Source of the DNA: Zestosphaera tikiterensis
Lineage (GTDB): Archaea; Thermoproteota; Thermoprotei_A; Sulfolobales; NBVN01
NCBI GenBank assembly: GCA_003056265.1
Contig: NBVN01000002.1
Coordinates: 510,001-542,000 of the forward strand
Direction of reading: 5' to 3'
Length of the DNA stretch: 32,000 bases
Shown: one piece after another, positions 8,461 through 18,211 of the stretch
How the letters are laid out: each line of letters opens with the position of its first letter
Position numbering within the stretch: position 1 is the first letter of the stretch
Notes under the pieces: generated by a model
The model's input: the letters and a program-made list of their open reading frames with translations, nothing else
Database searches by the model: none
What the model was told of the DNA's origin: nothing
Made by a program: the position numbers and the translations under genes

Positions 8461-9564
8461 TCATCTAGTAACTGAAGCTTTAATCTCCTCAAGTAACGCT
8501 TTAACTTCTGGATCGCTTAAGACGTTATTCCTTATTGGAGTTATGAACTTAATTAGATATTCGGCGACGGCTTTTTTAAGATCTAACGGATGTATCTTAC
8601 CTTCACTGTAGGTTTTTATCAGCTCCTCCTGAGTGTGTATTTCTATAGGCCCTCCGTATTTAGCAGGTCTTTCGATGATGAATTCCCTCTCCTCACCCCT
8701 GAATATTAAGTGCTTAGCTAACTCTATGACTGGGTTACCTTCAACTATTTTAGGGGGGCAGTAAGCCTTCATAACTTTACTCCTGATCTCTTCATCCGTA
8801 TCTGTTATGAATATAGTGGATTCAGGCTTAGATTTACTCATTTTATACTCAGCTAAAAACTCGTCTATATCTTCCTTACTTACTTTACTGAAGTCCATCT
8901 TACCGTAACCTTGAAGGGAAGGTATTAAAGGCGTATGTATAGCTATGACTTTCTTCAAACCCAACTTCTCAGCAACGTCTCTTTGAAGCATATGCGCCTT
9001 TCTTTGATCTGTACCGCCTAAAGCTACGTCAACACCCAACTTAAAAATGTCTGTGACCTGCATTAACGGATATATGAGTTTAGAGAAGTCTGACTCGCCT
9101 TCGTCAGCCTTCCTACCCATTATAGTTAAAGCTCTTTTAACTCTAGCTAGACTTACAGCCTTACCCGATTTTAAGAGCGTGGCCCAGTAATCTGGATCGC
9201 TTACTAACTCTTCAGCGTATACGACTTTATAACGGCCTTCAATACCTAAGGAGTCAAGCACTTTAAACACGTGTTTAGCTGCGACGTTAATTAACCTTAA
9301 ATCACCGCCTAACTTATCGTTTATCCACGCATGCCAAGTAGCGGCAAGTAAATTCATTTTAATGCCGACATCAACTAAGTCTTTAAATTTAAGCGCCCAA
9401 ACAAACCAACCTACGTGGAATATACCGCTTGGTTCAAAACCTAAATAACCTGAACCCCCGCCGGTCTCCAATAAGGTTTTAAGCTCATCTAAAGTTATAA
9501 CTTCCTCAACATCTCGTGTAGCTATACGTAACTTACTCTCTAAATCCATATACCACACCGTCAA
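8461..9564 (-). CDS. tyrS: Tyrosine--tRNA ligase (archaeal type)
   Basis: It aligns by eye with M. jannaschii TyrRS: GFEPSG.FHVG (HIGH region), YPLMQVTDI, LGVDVALGGTDQRK, KMSKS, KAYCPP..VEGNPV, HPLDLKKAVAEYL. The likely true start is the ATG at 9549 (MDLESK...), about 35 nt from a TATATATA box at 9581-9588. The track start at 9564 is a TTG. Confidence 0.92.
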   Translation of the reverse strand: MTVWYMDLESKLRIATRDVEEVITLDELKTLLETGGGSGYLGFEPSGIFHVGWFVWALKFKDLVDVGIKMNLLAATWHAWINDKLGGDLRLINVAAKHVFKVLDSLGIEGRYKVVYAEELVSDPDYWATLLKSGKAVSLARVKRALTIMGRKADEGESDFSKLIYPLMQVTDIFKLGVDVALGGTDQRKAHMLQRDVAEKLGLKKVIAIHTPLIPSLQGYGKMDFSKVSKEDIDEFLAEYKMSKSKPESTIFITDTDEEIRSKVMKAYCPPKIVEGNPVIELAKHLIFRGEEREFIIERPAKYGGPIEIHTQEELIKTYSEGKIHPLDLKKAVAEYLIKFITPIRNNVLSDPEVKALLEEIKASVTR

Positions 9565-9648
9565 CCTAATTTAAAACGTTATATATAGTTTAAAAATTGA
9601 GATTTGCATGAGAAAGCATGTGGATATTATCCCTACGGTAAATCGACG

Positions 9649-10071
9649 TCAGCGTTTTAACTTATTTAAGAATTTTTCTTTGTCGACTACGAACCTTTCG
9701 TGTGTACCGTAACCGATTAACTTATTCTCCCATAAAACCTCAACCCAATACGTAAGTCTTCTTTCATCAACGTTTAGTAAGGTAGCTTTAACTTCTACTT
9801 CAGCTCCTACAGGAGCTGCTTTAACGTGGTAAACGTTTACGTGAGTACCTACTGTAGTTAAGTTCTGCGGTAGGTTTTCATCCGCTAATATCCTACAGGT
9901 TTCCTCCATAAATAAAATCATTGACGGCGTAGCTAACACTTCAACACCGCCTGAACCTAAGTGCTTAGCTGTGTGTTGTTCAGTGACTACATACTTCCTA
10001 CTTAACTTCATCCCTGCCTGAAGAGCCATTAAGCCACCCACAGATACTACTGAAGTGAGTCTTAAAAACAT
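9649..10071 (-). CDS. Hotdog-fold thioesterase (FlK/YbgC-like superfamily)
   Basis: The sequence VTEQHTAKHLGSGGVEVLATPSMILFMEETC is typical of this small thioesterase family. The start may be internal (MALQAG.. or MKLSRK..). It overlaps the upstream ECF T gene. Confidence 0.6.
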   Translation of the reverse strand: MFLRLTSVVSVGGLMALQAGMKLSRKYVVTEQHTAKHLGSGGVEVLATPSMILFMEETCRILADENLPQNLTTVGTHVNVYHVKAAPVGAEVEVKATLLNVDERRLTYWVEVLWENKLIGYGTHERFVVDKEKFLNKLKR

Positions 10072-10766
10072 AGCTTAAGCAGGTATATAGCTGTTAAGTT
10101 AATCATAACTAAGCAAGCGGTAATTGCGGTGTCTCTCCAACTGTACCAATACTTGGGTTGGAAGACTCCTTTAGCATGCTGAGCTTCCTCATAGAATTGA
10201 GAGTATTCCTCAACGGTAACTACAGTTATTGCTAGCCCCCTCCACAACTCAACATTCTTCATAGACGCTATAGTTAAAGCTGTTTTCAAGTCTTTAAGTA
10301 TGTGTGGAACCGCTTTCCACGTAAGTACGGGATACAGCGATACCTCCTTCAGCTTTAAACGATTCATTAAGTAAGCTAACTCGATAGGGTTGATGAAGTA
10401 GAGGAAGGCTAAAGTAGCTAAGCTTAAAGTAAATACGTTGACGGTAATGGCTAACGACTTAACGACGCTTAAGGTAAACGGTAGGGAAGTGATGAAGTAC
10501 CATATAGTAGGTATCGAAGCTAATATCGAAGCATACTTTAAAACCTTCGAAGCTCCTCTAAAGACATATGTAAGAAGGGTTGAAAACAACGCGATGAGAG
10601 AACCTACAGCACTTAAATTAACTAAAACTACCTGAGTTAACAGAAGCGTTAGGTTTAAAATTACGGGGACATGCCTTGACTCCATATCCCCATAGATAAA
10701 TAAAGACCTAATGATTAACTCACTAGCGTATTTCACTAACGAGGAAAGCTTACCGCCAATCCTCAA
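10062..10766 (-). CDS. ECF transporter transmembrane (T) component (EcfT/CbiQ-like)
   Basis: A polytopic 234-aa membrane protein immediately downstream of, and overlapping, the fused ABC ATPase gene. Its position in the S-A-T gene order supports the call. Confidence 0.65.
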   Translation of the reverse strand: MRIGGKLSSLVKYASELIIRSLFIYGDMESRHVPVILNLTLLLTQVVLVNLSAVGSLIALFSTLLTYVFRGASKVLKYASILASIPTIWYFITSLPFTLSVVKSLAITVNVFTLSLATLAFLYFINPIELAYLMNRLKLKEVSLYPVLTWKAVPHILKDLKTALTIASMKNVELWRGLAITVVTVEEYSQFYEEAQHAKGVFQPKYWYSWRDTAITACLVMINLTAIYLLKLCF

Positions 10767-12000
10767 GGTTGATCACCTCGTTAGCTATTTTTAGAAGGTC
10801 TTCGTCGTGAGACGCTATAACAAATCCCGTACCTAACTCAGCAACTTTCTTAATGCCCTTCAAGACAAGGTATTTATTCCAAGGGTCTAAACCTATTGTT
10901 GGTTCGTCCATGAAGACTAACTCATACCCCCTAGCTAGGGCTGAAGCTAAAGCAAGCCTTCTACGTTCGCCAGTACTTAACTTAACAACCGGTATATTTG
11001 ATTTACTGCTTAATCCGAAGTCCTGCAGGAATTTACTGCTAAGTTGAGGGTTCGCTAGGTTTAACTCCTCCGCAGGTGTTGAGCCTGAGAAATATAGAAG
11101 TGGGTTATCAGGTATTAAAACGCTTTTGATCCTTCCATCCTTAACTGATTTTTCAGCTAGGGTTTTTAAAAGTGTTGTTTTCCCAACTCCTGAGTAGCCT
11201 TTAATAAGCACTACCTCACCAGAACATACCTCCAACTTAAAATCCTTAAGTAGGGGTTCCTCAGCATCCGGGAACTTAATCTCATCCACTTCAAAAATGA
11301 AGTGTTTTAAGCAGTCCCTGCTTTCTGAAGGATCTAAATCGTTAAGTGCTTCGTAAGCTTTGCTATAGTATTCAGGCTCGTCCTCAACTAGTTTGCCGTC
11401 AACCATATAGTAAACCTTATCAACAACGTCTAACCACACACTTACGTCGTGATCTACGATTATGAATGATTTACCGAATCCCTTAAGTTCCTTAACATAT
11501 TTAATTAGGTTATCGGCGTTAGGCCTATCTAAGTATGCGGTCGGCTCATCCAGAAGTATTAAGTCTTTACTTGAGTGCGTAGCTATTATGAAAGCCAGCC
11601 TTTGAACCTCCCCAGCACTTAACGTGTAGGTAGACCTCATTAAATGACGGCTTAGTTTAAAATGATTTAAAACCTCCTGAACATCGCTTAACCTCTTAAA
11701 ATCCGTGAAACTCAATACTTCAGACCAGACGTACGGTGTGGTTATGAAGAACCAAGGCTCTTGATGTAGATATATGGAGCTACGGTGTAGAAAATCTAGA
11801 GAAGGTTTAACAAAACCTGAGACGGAACCTCTAACCACCTTAGGTATCACACCACATAAACTCTTTAGAAGCGTTGATTTACCGGCGCCTGAAGGACCGG
11901 CGATTAAAACGGCCTCGCCCCTACTTAAAGATAGGTCGACCTCATTAACTATTAAAGCCCCGTCGAGACGTACAGTAAAACCATTTAATTCGAAAGTCAT
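10750..12000 (-). CDS. Fused tandem ABC ATPase of an ECF transporter (EcfA1-EcfA2-like)
   Basis: There are two complete motif sets. Set 1: GPSGAGKST, LSAGEVQRLAFI, LILLDEPTAYLD, VDHD. Set 2: GYSGVGKTT, LSTGERRRLALA, LVFMDEPTIGLD, ASHD. At 416 aa it is compact for two ABC domains. Confidence 0.85.
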   Translation of the reverse strand: MTFELNGFTVRLDGALIVNEVDLSLSRGEAVLIAGPSGAGKSTLLKSLCGVIPKVVRGSVSGFVKPSLDFLHRSSIYLHQEPWFFITTPYVWSEVLSFTDFKRLSDVQEVLNHFKLSRHLMRSTYTLSAGEVQRLAFIIATHSSKDLILLDEPTAYLDRPNADNLIKYVKELKGFGKSFIIVDHDVSVWLDVVDKVYYMVDGKLVEDEPEYYSKAYEALNDLDPSESRDCLKHFIFEVDEIKFPDAEEPLLKDFKLEVCSGEVVLIKGYSGVGKTTLLKTLAEKSVKDGRIKSVLIPDNPLLYFSGSTPAEELNLANPQLSSKFLQDFGLSSKSNIPVVKLSTGERRRLALASALARGYELVFMDEPTIGLDPWNKYLVLKGIKKVAELGTGFVIASHDEDLLKIANEVINLEDWR

Positions 12001-12746
12001 TCCCTACCCACAGCCTTCCTAGTAAATGTTATAGCTGGCGACGCCAACGCTAAGCCAACCAACGCCTGCCCTAGGTTAACCGGCACTTCAAGAATAGCTT
12101 GCTCGGGAGGTATCCCTTGTAGGGGGTTGGAGATGAAGAACTCGTAGAGGAAGTAGCCTAAAACCATGATCAAACCTCCGGTGAGTATCGCAGGCACGAA
12201 GCTAACGTTTTCAGAGTTTCTAGTAAGTATGAAATAAATCATCACTAAAACTATAGCTACGCTTAAAACAATCCATAAAACCTCAGGTAGGGTTAGACTC
12301 CATTCCAGAAGCGTTAACTGCAGACCTCCTAAACTTATAGGTACTGAAGTAACTATAACCTCGCCTGAGAGTGTGTTCACACCTACGTACGCTAAAATCA
12401 ACCCGATAACTAAAGCTAAAACTATGGAGAGAACCCTAGCGAATTTAAACGTAGCCCTCTTCGACATCAACCCTATAAGCGTTGATACGGTAAAACCTTC
12501 TAAAAACTTAATTGCTAAAGTCCCTGGAGCGAAGATACCGTAACCTGTGGCTAGGTCGGCTATAGCTGAACCAACCCCTCCAGCAAACCCAGCCGTTAAA
12601 GGCGAGCTTAAGGAAGCGATTATATATATAGCGACCTCACCTAAGTTGAAATACCCTCTAGTGGCTGGCGTGTATACCTGAAGCACTATAGTAGCTACGA
12701 AAACCAACGCGGTATACATAGCTAGCCTAACGACCTTCATCCTCAA
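11997..12746 (-). CDS. ECF transporter substrate-capture (S) component-like membrane protein; substrate unknown
   Basis: A hydrophobic 249-aa protein with an S-component-like N-terminal pattern (YFNLGEVAIYIIASL..PLTAGFAGGVGSAIADL). It is first in the operon and overlaps the ATPase gene by 4 nt. Confidence 0.6.
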   Translation of the reverse strand: MRMKVVRLAMYTALVFVATIVLQVYTPATRGYFNLGEVAIYIIASLSSPLTAGFAGGVGSAIADLATGYGIFAPGTLAIKFLEGFTVSTLIGLMSKRATFKFARVLSIVLALVIGLILAYVGVNTLSGEVIVTSVPISLGGLQLTLLEWSLTLPEVLWIVLSVAIVLVMIYFILTRNSENVSFVPAILTGGLIMVLGYFLYEFFISNPLQGIPPEQAILEVPVNLGQALVGLALASPAITFTRKAVGRE

Positions 12747-12950
12747 TCACCGAAGAATTGACGTTACTTAGCTTTTAGGTGTGAGCTTCACTATCTACTT
12801 CACTATTAGCTTAAGCTTACGTTTGATGTTGGAAAAGACAGGATCTCGCATTCAGTGCGGACACTACATTCATCATATTTCAGAGATCGAGGACTTCATC
12901 AACCTACTTAATTTAACTGCATGCGAGTTAATATTTAAATGGTGTTTTGA

Positions 12951-13682
12951 ATGGGTGGGGTAAGCGATGAGGTCTTCACAGCTAGGAAAGCCGCCGCTAT
13001 GGAGGCGTTGAAGTTCCTCGTAGACGTTAATTCCGTAGGTGTGGGCACCGGATCGACTACAGCCCTAGTGATCGAGTTAGCGCATAAACACGGTCTTTTA
13101 AAGGGTAAGGCTTTAGTTCCTTCCTCGATGGATACAGCTCAGATACTTAGCGACTTAGGCTATTTAGTGGTTGATTCATCAACAGTAGATTTCCTCGACG
13201 TTTACATAGACTCAGCAGATGAGGTGGACTTAAACGGCCGCATGATTAAAGGTGGGGGAGCAGCTCACTTAATGGAGAAGTTATTAGCGCGTCATTCTAA
13301 GTTGAGGGTCTTCGTAGTGGATGAGTTTAAAGTAGTTGAGAAACTCGGCAGCAAACATTTAATACCTGTGGAGGTGATCCCTAAAGCCTTAAAGATGGTT
13401 TTAAACGATATGAGACGATTGGGGTTTAACGCCGTGTTAAGAACTTCATCGGGTAAGCGAGGTCCTACAGTAAGCGATACTCTAGGGGTTATAGTCGATG
13501 TAAAACCACCTGAAGGCATGGCCTTAGAGGAAATCTATAAAACGCTTAAATCAATCACTGGAGTTGTTGAGGTAGGGCTTTTCCTAGATGAAGCGGATGT
13601 GATAGTCGTAGGGACCTCCAGAGGTGATGTGAGGAGGATCGTGAGGAATTCTGAACGTATCCGCGGGCTAGAAGGATGGTAA
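12951..13682 (+). CDS. rpiA: Ribose-5-phosphate isomerase A
   Basis: Motifs GVGTGSTT, DSADEVD and KGGGAAHLMEK are present, and the length of 243 aa fits. Confidence 0.9.
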   Translation: MGGVSDEVFTARKAAAMEALKFLVDVNSVGVGTGSTTALVIELAHKHGLLKGKALVPSSMDTAQILSDLGYLVVDSSTVDFLDVYIDSADEVDLNGRMIKGGGAAHLMEKLLARHSKLRVFVVDEFKVVEKLGSKHLIPVEVIPKALKMVLNDMRRLGFNAVLRTSSGKRGPTVSDTLGVIVDVKPPEGMALEEIYKTLKSITGVVEVGLFLDEADVIVVGTSRGDVRRIVRNSERIRGLEGW

Positions 13683-13737
13683 GTTACTATTCTTTTCTTA
13701 AAATTCTGTGTTGTTTTAGAAGGAGCTTCTTAAACCT

Positions 13738-14730
13738 TTAATAACCTACTTCAACAGCTGCCTGCAGTTGAGTTATGTATTCGTAAGCAGACGATGCTGC
13801 TAAAGCCCCTTCGGCAGCGGCGATTACTATCTGATCGAATTTCTTCTTGTAAGGTCCGCCCGTGCAGTCGCCGGCGGCGAATATGCCTTCAATGTTTGTT
13901 TTCTGACCTGGCTTAACGACTACGTAGCCATAGCTGTCTAACTCAAGACCTATTTTACTTAAGAACTCCTTAGGAGGTTCGGAACCTATCTCGACTAAGA
14001 CGCCCTCAACGTCGAGTTTTCTAGTCTCGCCTGTTACTACGTCTTCCACCTCAACCCATTTAACGCTTTTATCCCCTCCAATGCTTTTAACTCTAGCGTT
14101 AAGCACTAACTCGATCTTCGGGTTTGACTTAACCAGCTTCACGTAAACTTCGTAAGCTCTGAACTGAGTTCTCCTATGTATTAAGTAAACTTTAGAAGCG
14201 TAGACAGCCATCAATAAAGCGGACTGTAGTGCTGCATTACCTCCACCAACTACGGCAACGACCTTACCTCTAAATAGGGGGGCGTCGCAAGCAGCGCAGT
14301 ATGAAACCCCCCTACCGGCGAACTCTGTTTCTCCAGGCACGCCTAACTTCCTTCTCTTCGAACCTACGGCGATGATCACCGCCTTAGCTTTAAAGACATT
14401 CCCACCTCTAGTTTTAACTTCAAATAAATCATCTGAAGACTTACTTACCTCAGTAACCGAATCTCTAATCAACGGCACTCCATACTTTCTAACATGTTCT
14501 TCAAATTTTTTAGCTAGTTCAGGACCGTTGATGGACGGTATGCCTGGATAGTCGTCGATCTCTCCAGCCTCGTTTAAAGTACCTCCGAAGTCTTCACTAA
14601 TGCATACAGTCTTCAACCCAAACCTAACTGAGTATAGGGTAGCGGTTAAGCCCGCTGGACCTCCCCCAACTACCACTACATCATATAGCTCCACAGGAGC
14701 TTTCCTCGGGGCACCCAACCTAAAAGTCAA
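13738..14730 (-). CDS. trxB: Thioredoxin-disulfide reductase
   Basis: It has GGGPAG (FAD), the redox CAAC motif (SYCAACDAP), GGGNAA (NADPH) and a C-terminal AAGDC. Confidence 0.88.
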   Translation of the reverse strand: MTFRLGAPRKAPVELYDVVVVGGGPAGLTATLYSVRFGLKTVCISEDFGGTLNEAGEIDDYPGIPSINGPELAKKFEEHVRKYGVPLIRDSVTEVSKSSDDLFEVKTRGGNVFKAKAVIIAVGSKRRKLGVPGETEFAGRGVSYCAACDAPLFRGKVVAVVGGGNAALQSALLMAVYASKVYLIHRRTQFRAYEVYVKLVKSNPKIELVLNARVKSIGGDKSVKWVEVEDVVTGETRKLDVEGVLVEIGSEPPKEFLSKIGLELDSYGYVVVKPGQKTNIEGIFAAGDCTGGPYKKKFDQIVIAAAEGALAASSAYEYITQLQAAVEVGY

Positions 14731-14853
14731 CTACCACCACCTCACTCACTTAACCTTTAACTGCAACGTCAGTTTAATTAAATGCTTAACTAAGCTTAAC
14801 GATATCCCGTTTTAAACCTTAAGTAAGGTATTATTTAGGTAACGTGGTAGTGT

Positions 14854-15552
14854 ATGCCTAGATGCTGTTCTGGGAGGGTTGGCATCCTACTATACGACTA
14901 CGTCGAGGGTTTAGTGTGTGAGAACGTTACAGTTACTAAGTCAAGGCCTGACGTGAGGGTCGAGCTTTTAAAGGCTTCAAAGCTTTTCATAAACGATTTC
15001 AGAAGTCAATACACTTTAATCTCAAGCGCTTATAAAAACTTCATAAAAAGCTGTTTAGGAGCTCACTACGTTAAGACGGGTTACTCGCCTGAGTATTTAG
15101 TTAAGGCGATCTTAAAATATGGTAAAGTTAGCTCTAAAAACAGCGTTGTAGATTTAATTAACATCATACAGTTAAGAACTAGCATACCGTTAGCTGTTTT
15201 CGACTTAAGTAAGGTTGTGTTGCCTTTAGCTATTAGATGTTCGAAGCCTGCGGAGAGATTTGTTGAGCGGAGGGGTAAGGCAACCATGTTAACAGGTTCT
15301 GAAGCTGTTTTAACGGATGCTGCTAACAACTTACTTTACGTGTTGTTTTCTAAGGTAAGTATGTTCTACAGAATTAATAACGGTGTTAAACGCGTTTTAA
15401 CCTTAGCTGTGGGGGTACCTACACTGCCTAAGTATTTAGTAATTAACGCAGTAACCCAACTTAAGAACTTATTTGAAGGATTTTATCCTGAGGTGCGGTG
15501 TTACGTTGTCGAGAAGGGTAGGCTCCTAACCTCGCAAGCACGACGTACTTAA
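14854..15552 (+). CDS. Stand-alone B3/B4 (PheRS beta-subunit-like) tRNA-binding domain protein
   Basis: The core pattern ...SPEYLVKAILKYGKV.SKNSVVDLINIIQLRTSIPLAVFDLSKV..PLAIR...AERF...G.....GSEAVLTD resembles the COG3382/B3_4 family. Assigned by eye only. Confidence 0.5.
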   Translation: MPRCCSGRVGILLYDYVEGLVCENVTVTKSRPDVRVELLKASKLFINDFRSQYTLISSAYKNFIKSCLGAHYVKTGYSPEYLVKAILKYGKVSSKNSVVDLINIIQLRTSIPLAVFDLSKVVLPLAIRCSKPAERFVERRGKATMLTGSEAVLTDAANNLLYVLFSKVSMFYRINNGVKRVLTLAVGVPTLPKYLVINAVTQLKNLFEGFYPEVRCYVVEKGRLLTSQARRT

Positions 15553-15587
15553 ACGAGTAAGACTATGAAGTTGAGGTTAATTAACTG

Positions 15588-16628
15588 TTGAGACCTACGT
15601 TTAACGGGGTAGTGCTGACGATCCCACCATATTTCGGGTTCGGCAGGGATTACTTCCTAGATCATGACTTAGTGATAGATAAGGACGGTAGGATATACGT
15701 GGTCGTAGGTAATAAACACCCTCCAGACGCTTTAATAGCTTACCTTAAATACGTGCCTACAACCTCGAAAACCCTTTGGAAAGGTGTTTTCACATACTAC
15801 GAGAGGGTTTTAAGGGAGTATAGTGCGGCAGATCTACAGAGGGTTATGTTCGCCTACGGCGGTTATAGATATGACTCAACATTGAATACTTTAGTTCCGT
15901 ACGTTAAGAAAGACCATATAGGTCTTTGGTTAAAACCTGAGGAAAAGCTTATGGAGTTACGTAGGAGGGTTAAGGACTTAATTGAAGAAACGGCTGTGGA
16001 AGCCGCTGAATTTGTTGCCTCTAGATCCGGTGTTAACCCACGTAAGTTAGGTATCGGCGGTTCTATCCTAGCTGGGATTCACGGACCTCATTCAGACATA
16101 GACTTAATAGTTTACGGATGTAAAGAAGCTATAGACGTAGTTGAAACCAGGGACTTAGGCTTAAGTGAGGTGTCTGAAAGTGTGTATAAGGAGAAAATAG
16201 TTAAGGAACTTAAGCTTGCGGGTTTAAACCCAGGACTTTACGAGGTGTTTAAACCTTTCCGTAAATATTATATGTTTAGAGGCTTTAACGTAACTATCTC
16301 TTTTGTTAACGAGTTTAGCGGGAGGTATGGCGATGAGGTTTTAACCCCTTTAAAACCTGTTGAAGCCGTTATTGAAGTAGTTGAGAATGACTGCAGGGCT
16401 TTATTCTATCCTTCATATGCGTCGGTAGTTAAGGTTAAAACCTCAAGCTTAGGTGATGTAGGAATAGATGGGATAGTATGCTATAACGGTTTCTTCAACT
16501 CCCTCCTGTATAGGGGCGGGGTTCTTAAAGTGAAGGGTTTGCTGGAGGTTTCAAAGCCTAGTGGTAAGCATTACGTCGTGGTTGGGGTTAAGGAGGGGCA
16601 GAGCTATATACTACCTCAACATCTTTAG
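15588..16628 (+). CDS. Predicted Pol-beta-superfamily nucleotidyltransferase with a C-terminal beta-barrel (OB-like) region; conserved archaeal protein of unknown function
   Basis: An NTase signature is present: GIGGSILAGIHGPHSDIDLIVYG (G[GS]...DxD). The start is a TTG. The C-terminal ~100 aa are beta-rich. Confidence 0.5.
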   Translation: MRPTFNGVVLTIPPYFGFGRDYFLDHDLVIDKDGRIYVVVGNKHPPDALIAYLKYVPTTSKTLWKGVFTYYERVLREYSAADLQRVMFAYGGYRYDSTLNTLVPYVKKDHIGLWLKPEEKLMELRRRVKDLIEETAVEAAEFVASRSGVNPRKLGIGGSILAGIHGPHSDIDLIVYGCKEAIDVVETRDLGLSEVSESVYKEKIVKELKLAGLNPGLYEVFKPFRKYYMFRGFNVTISFVNEFSGRYGDEVLTPLKPVEAVIEVVENDCRALFYPSYASVVKVKTSSLGDVGIDGIVCYNGFFNSLLYRGGVLKVKGLLEVSKPSGKHYVVVGVKEGQSYILPQHL

Positions 16629-16642
16629 GGAACTTTAGAAAT

Positions 16643-18103
16643 TCACTTCTTAACCATCGGGAACGGTATGACTTCTTTAATCGATGTTTGACCCGTTAAT
16701 ATCATTACCAACCTATCTATTCCTAACCCTAAACCACCGGTTGGCGGCATCCCATACTCCAACGCTTCTATGAAGTCCCAATCGTATGGGTGAGCTTCAA
16801 GATCGCCTAACCTCCTCCTCTCCTCCTCCTCTCTGAAGTATTTCTCTTGAAGTACGGGATCGTTTAACTCCGTATATGCGTTAGCTAACTCCATACCGGC
16901 GATGTAGAGTTCAAATCTTTCAGCGTATCTTTGATCGGATCTATGGGGTTTCGTTAAAGGTGATGAGGATGTTGGGAAGTCTATAACGAATGTGGGCTGT
17001 ATTAAGTTCTCCCTACCAACTAACTTATCGAAGATCTTGACGATAGCCCTCCCCCTATCGAACCCTCCAGGGAGTGTTAAGTTTAACTCACTTAACTTAC
17101 TCTTTATTTGATCGTCGGTCATACTCTCTACGTCAAGACCTGCGAACTCTCTCAAACCGTCTACGAGCCTTACCCTCCTATACGGAGGCCTTAAGTCAAT
17201 CTCAACTTCAGAGTCTCCTATCGGGTAAAGTACTTTAGTAGTTCCCAAGACTTTCTCAGCTATCGTGCTAATCAACTCTTCAGTAAGTTTCATTATGTCG
17301 TTGTAATCGGCGTAGGCTTGATACGCTTCCATCATAGTGAATTCTGGGTTGTGCATGACGTCAATGTCTTCGTTTCTAAAGTTCTTACCTATCTCGAAGA
17401 CTTTATTGAAGCCGCCAACTAAAAACCTCTTGAGGTAGAGTTCAAGCGATATTCTAAGGTACCATTCCTCACCTAAGGCTAGGATCTTAGTTGTGAATGG
17501 TTTAGCCGCTGCGCCACCGTAGACAGGCTGTAGAACAGGCGTTTCCACTTCGATGAAGCCCTTACCCCACATAAACTTCCTGATCTCAGCTATGGTGTTA
17601 AACCTAACCTCAAATATCCTCCTCACTTGAGGAGTCATCATTAAATCTAAGTACCTCTTCCTATACCTAACTTCAGCGTCGAGGATTTTATGACCCCATT
17701 TAACGGGTGGCGACCTTAAAGCCTTAGTTATTAGTTGATATGCTTCAACGTTTATGGTGAGTTCACCTTTCTTTGTGTAGAAAAGCTCGCCGAAGACGTT
17801 TATGAAGTCCCCTAAATCAACGTATTTAGTGAACCACTCAAACTTCTCCTCACCTACGACGCCTGCGTTTAACGCGCATTGAATTCTAACGGCGTCGTCC
17901 ACTAAGTCTACGAATAGAAGCTTACCATGCCTCCTCACCCCAACGACCCTACCTGCGGTGGCTACTTTAACCCCTACCTTAGGGTTAGCGACTATATCCC
18001 TTACTGGGGTGTAGCCATAGCTTAACACGTGTGGATATGGGTTAATACCTAGCTTAAGCAGCTCTTCCCTAACGTTTTTCCTCAGTTCTTTCTCCACGCT
18101 CAT
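16643..18103 (-). CDS. lysS: Lysine--tRNA ligase, class II
   Basis: Features seen: N-terminal NPYPH; an OB region GRVVGVRRHGKLLFVDLVD..RIQ; RYRKRYLDLMM; NPEFTMMEAYQAYADY (motif 2 region); a C-terminal GLGLGIDRLVM (motif 3). Confidence 0.9.
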   Translation of the reverse strand: MSVEKELRKNVREELLKLGINPYPHVLSYGYTPVRDIVANPKVGVKVATAGRVVGVRRHGKLLFVDLVDDAVRIQCALNAGVVGEEKFEWFTKYVDLGDFINVFGELFYTKKGELTINVEAYQLITKALRSPPVKWGHKILDAEVRYRKRYLDLMMTPQVRRIFEVRFNTIAEIRKFMWGKGFIEVETPVLQPVYGGAAAKPFTTKILALGEEWYLRISLELYLKRFLVGGFNKVFEIGKNFRNEDIDVMHNPEFTMMEAYQAYADYNDIMKLTEELISTIAEKVLGTTKVLYPIGDSEVEIDLRPPYRRVRLVDGLREFAGLDVESMTDDQIKSKLSELNLTLPGGFDRGRAIVKIFDKLVGRENLIQPTFVIDFPTSSSPLTKPHRSDQRYAERFELYIAGMELANAYTELNDPVLQEKYFREEEERRRLGDLEAHPYDWDFIEALEYGMPPTGGLGLGIDRLVMILTGQTSIKEVIPFPMVKK

Positions 18104-18211
18104 GAACGTTACCTAAGCTATTCAGTAATTAAAGGATTTAAGGTTTACCCGCTGTAGTTAAGTATTTTTAACCTCACGACCTCAAATATTTTCTTAGGAT
18201 GGTGACGGCGG

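Noticed and set aside
10438-12022. Plus-strand ORFs 10438-10635, 10853-11047 and 11774-12022, inside the ECF operon.
   Set aside because: They are antisense to well-supported ECF T and ATPase genes. I saw no promoter or SD context and no motifs.
12781-12963. A 60-aa ORF in the divergent intergenic region upstream of rpiA.
   Set aside because: It has a GTG start, no recognisable motif, and runs into the rpiA start. The region is better explained as two divergent promoters (A/T box at about 12930-12940). I also looked for a riboswitch-like structure upstream of the ECF S gene and saw none.
13292-15329. Antisense or short ORFs 13292-13519, 14600-14815 and 15081-15329.
   Set aside because: They overlap the rpiA, trxB and B3/B4 genes on the opposite strand, or sit in the trxB promoter region. 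They have no supporting signals.
16643-18103. A class II rather than class I LysRS in an archaeon, as a possible horizontal-transfer signal.
   Set aside because: As far as I recall, several crenarchaeal lineages normally use class II LysRS. Without a phylogeny this is not anomalous.
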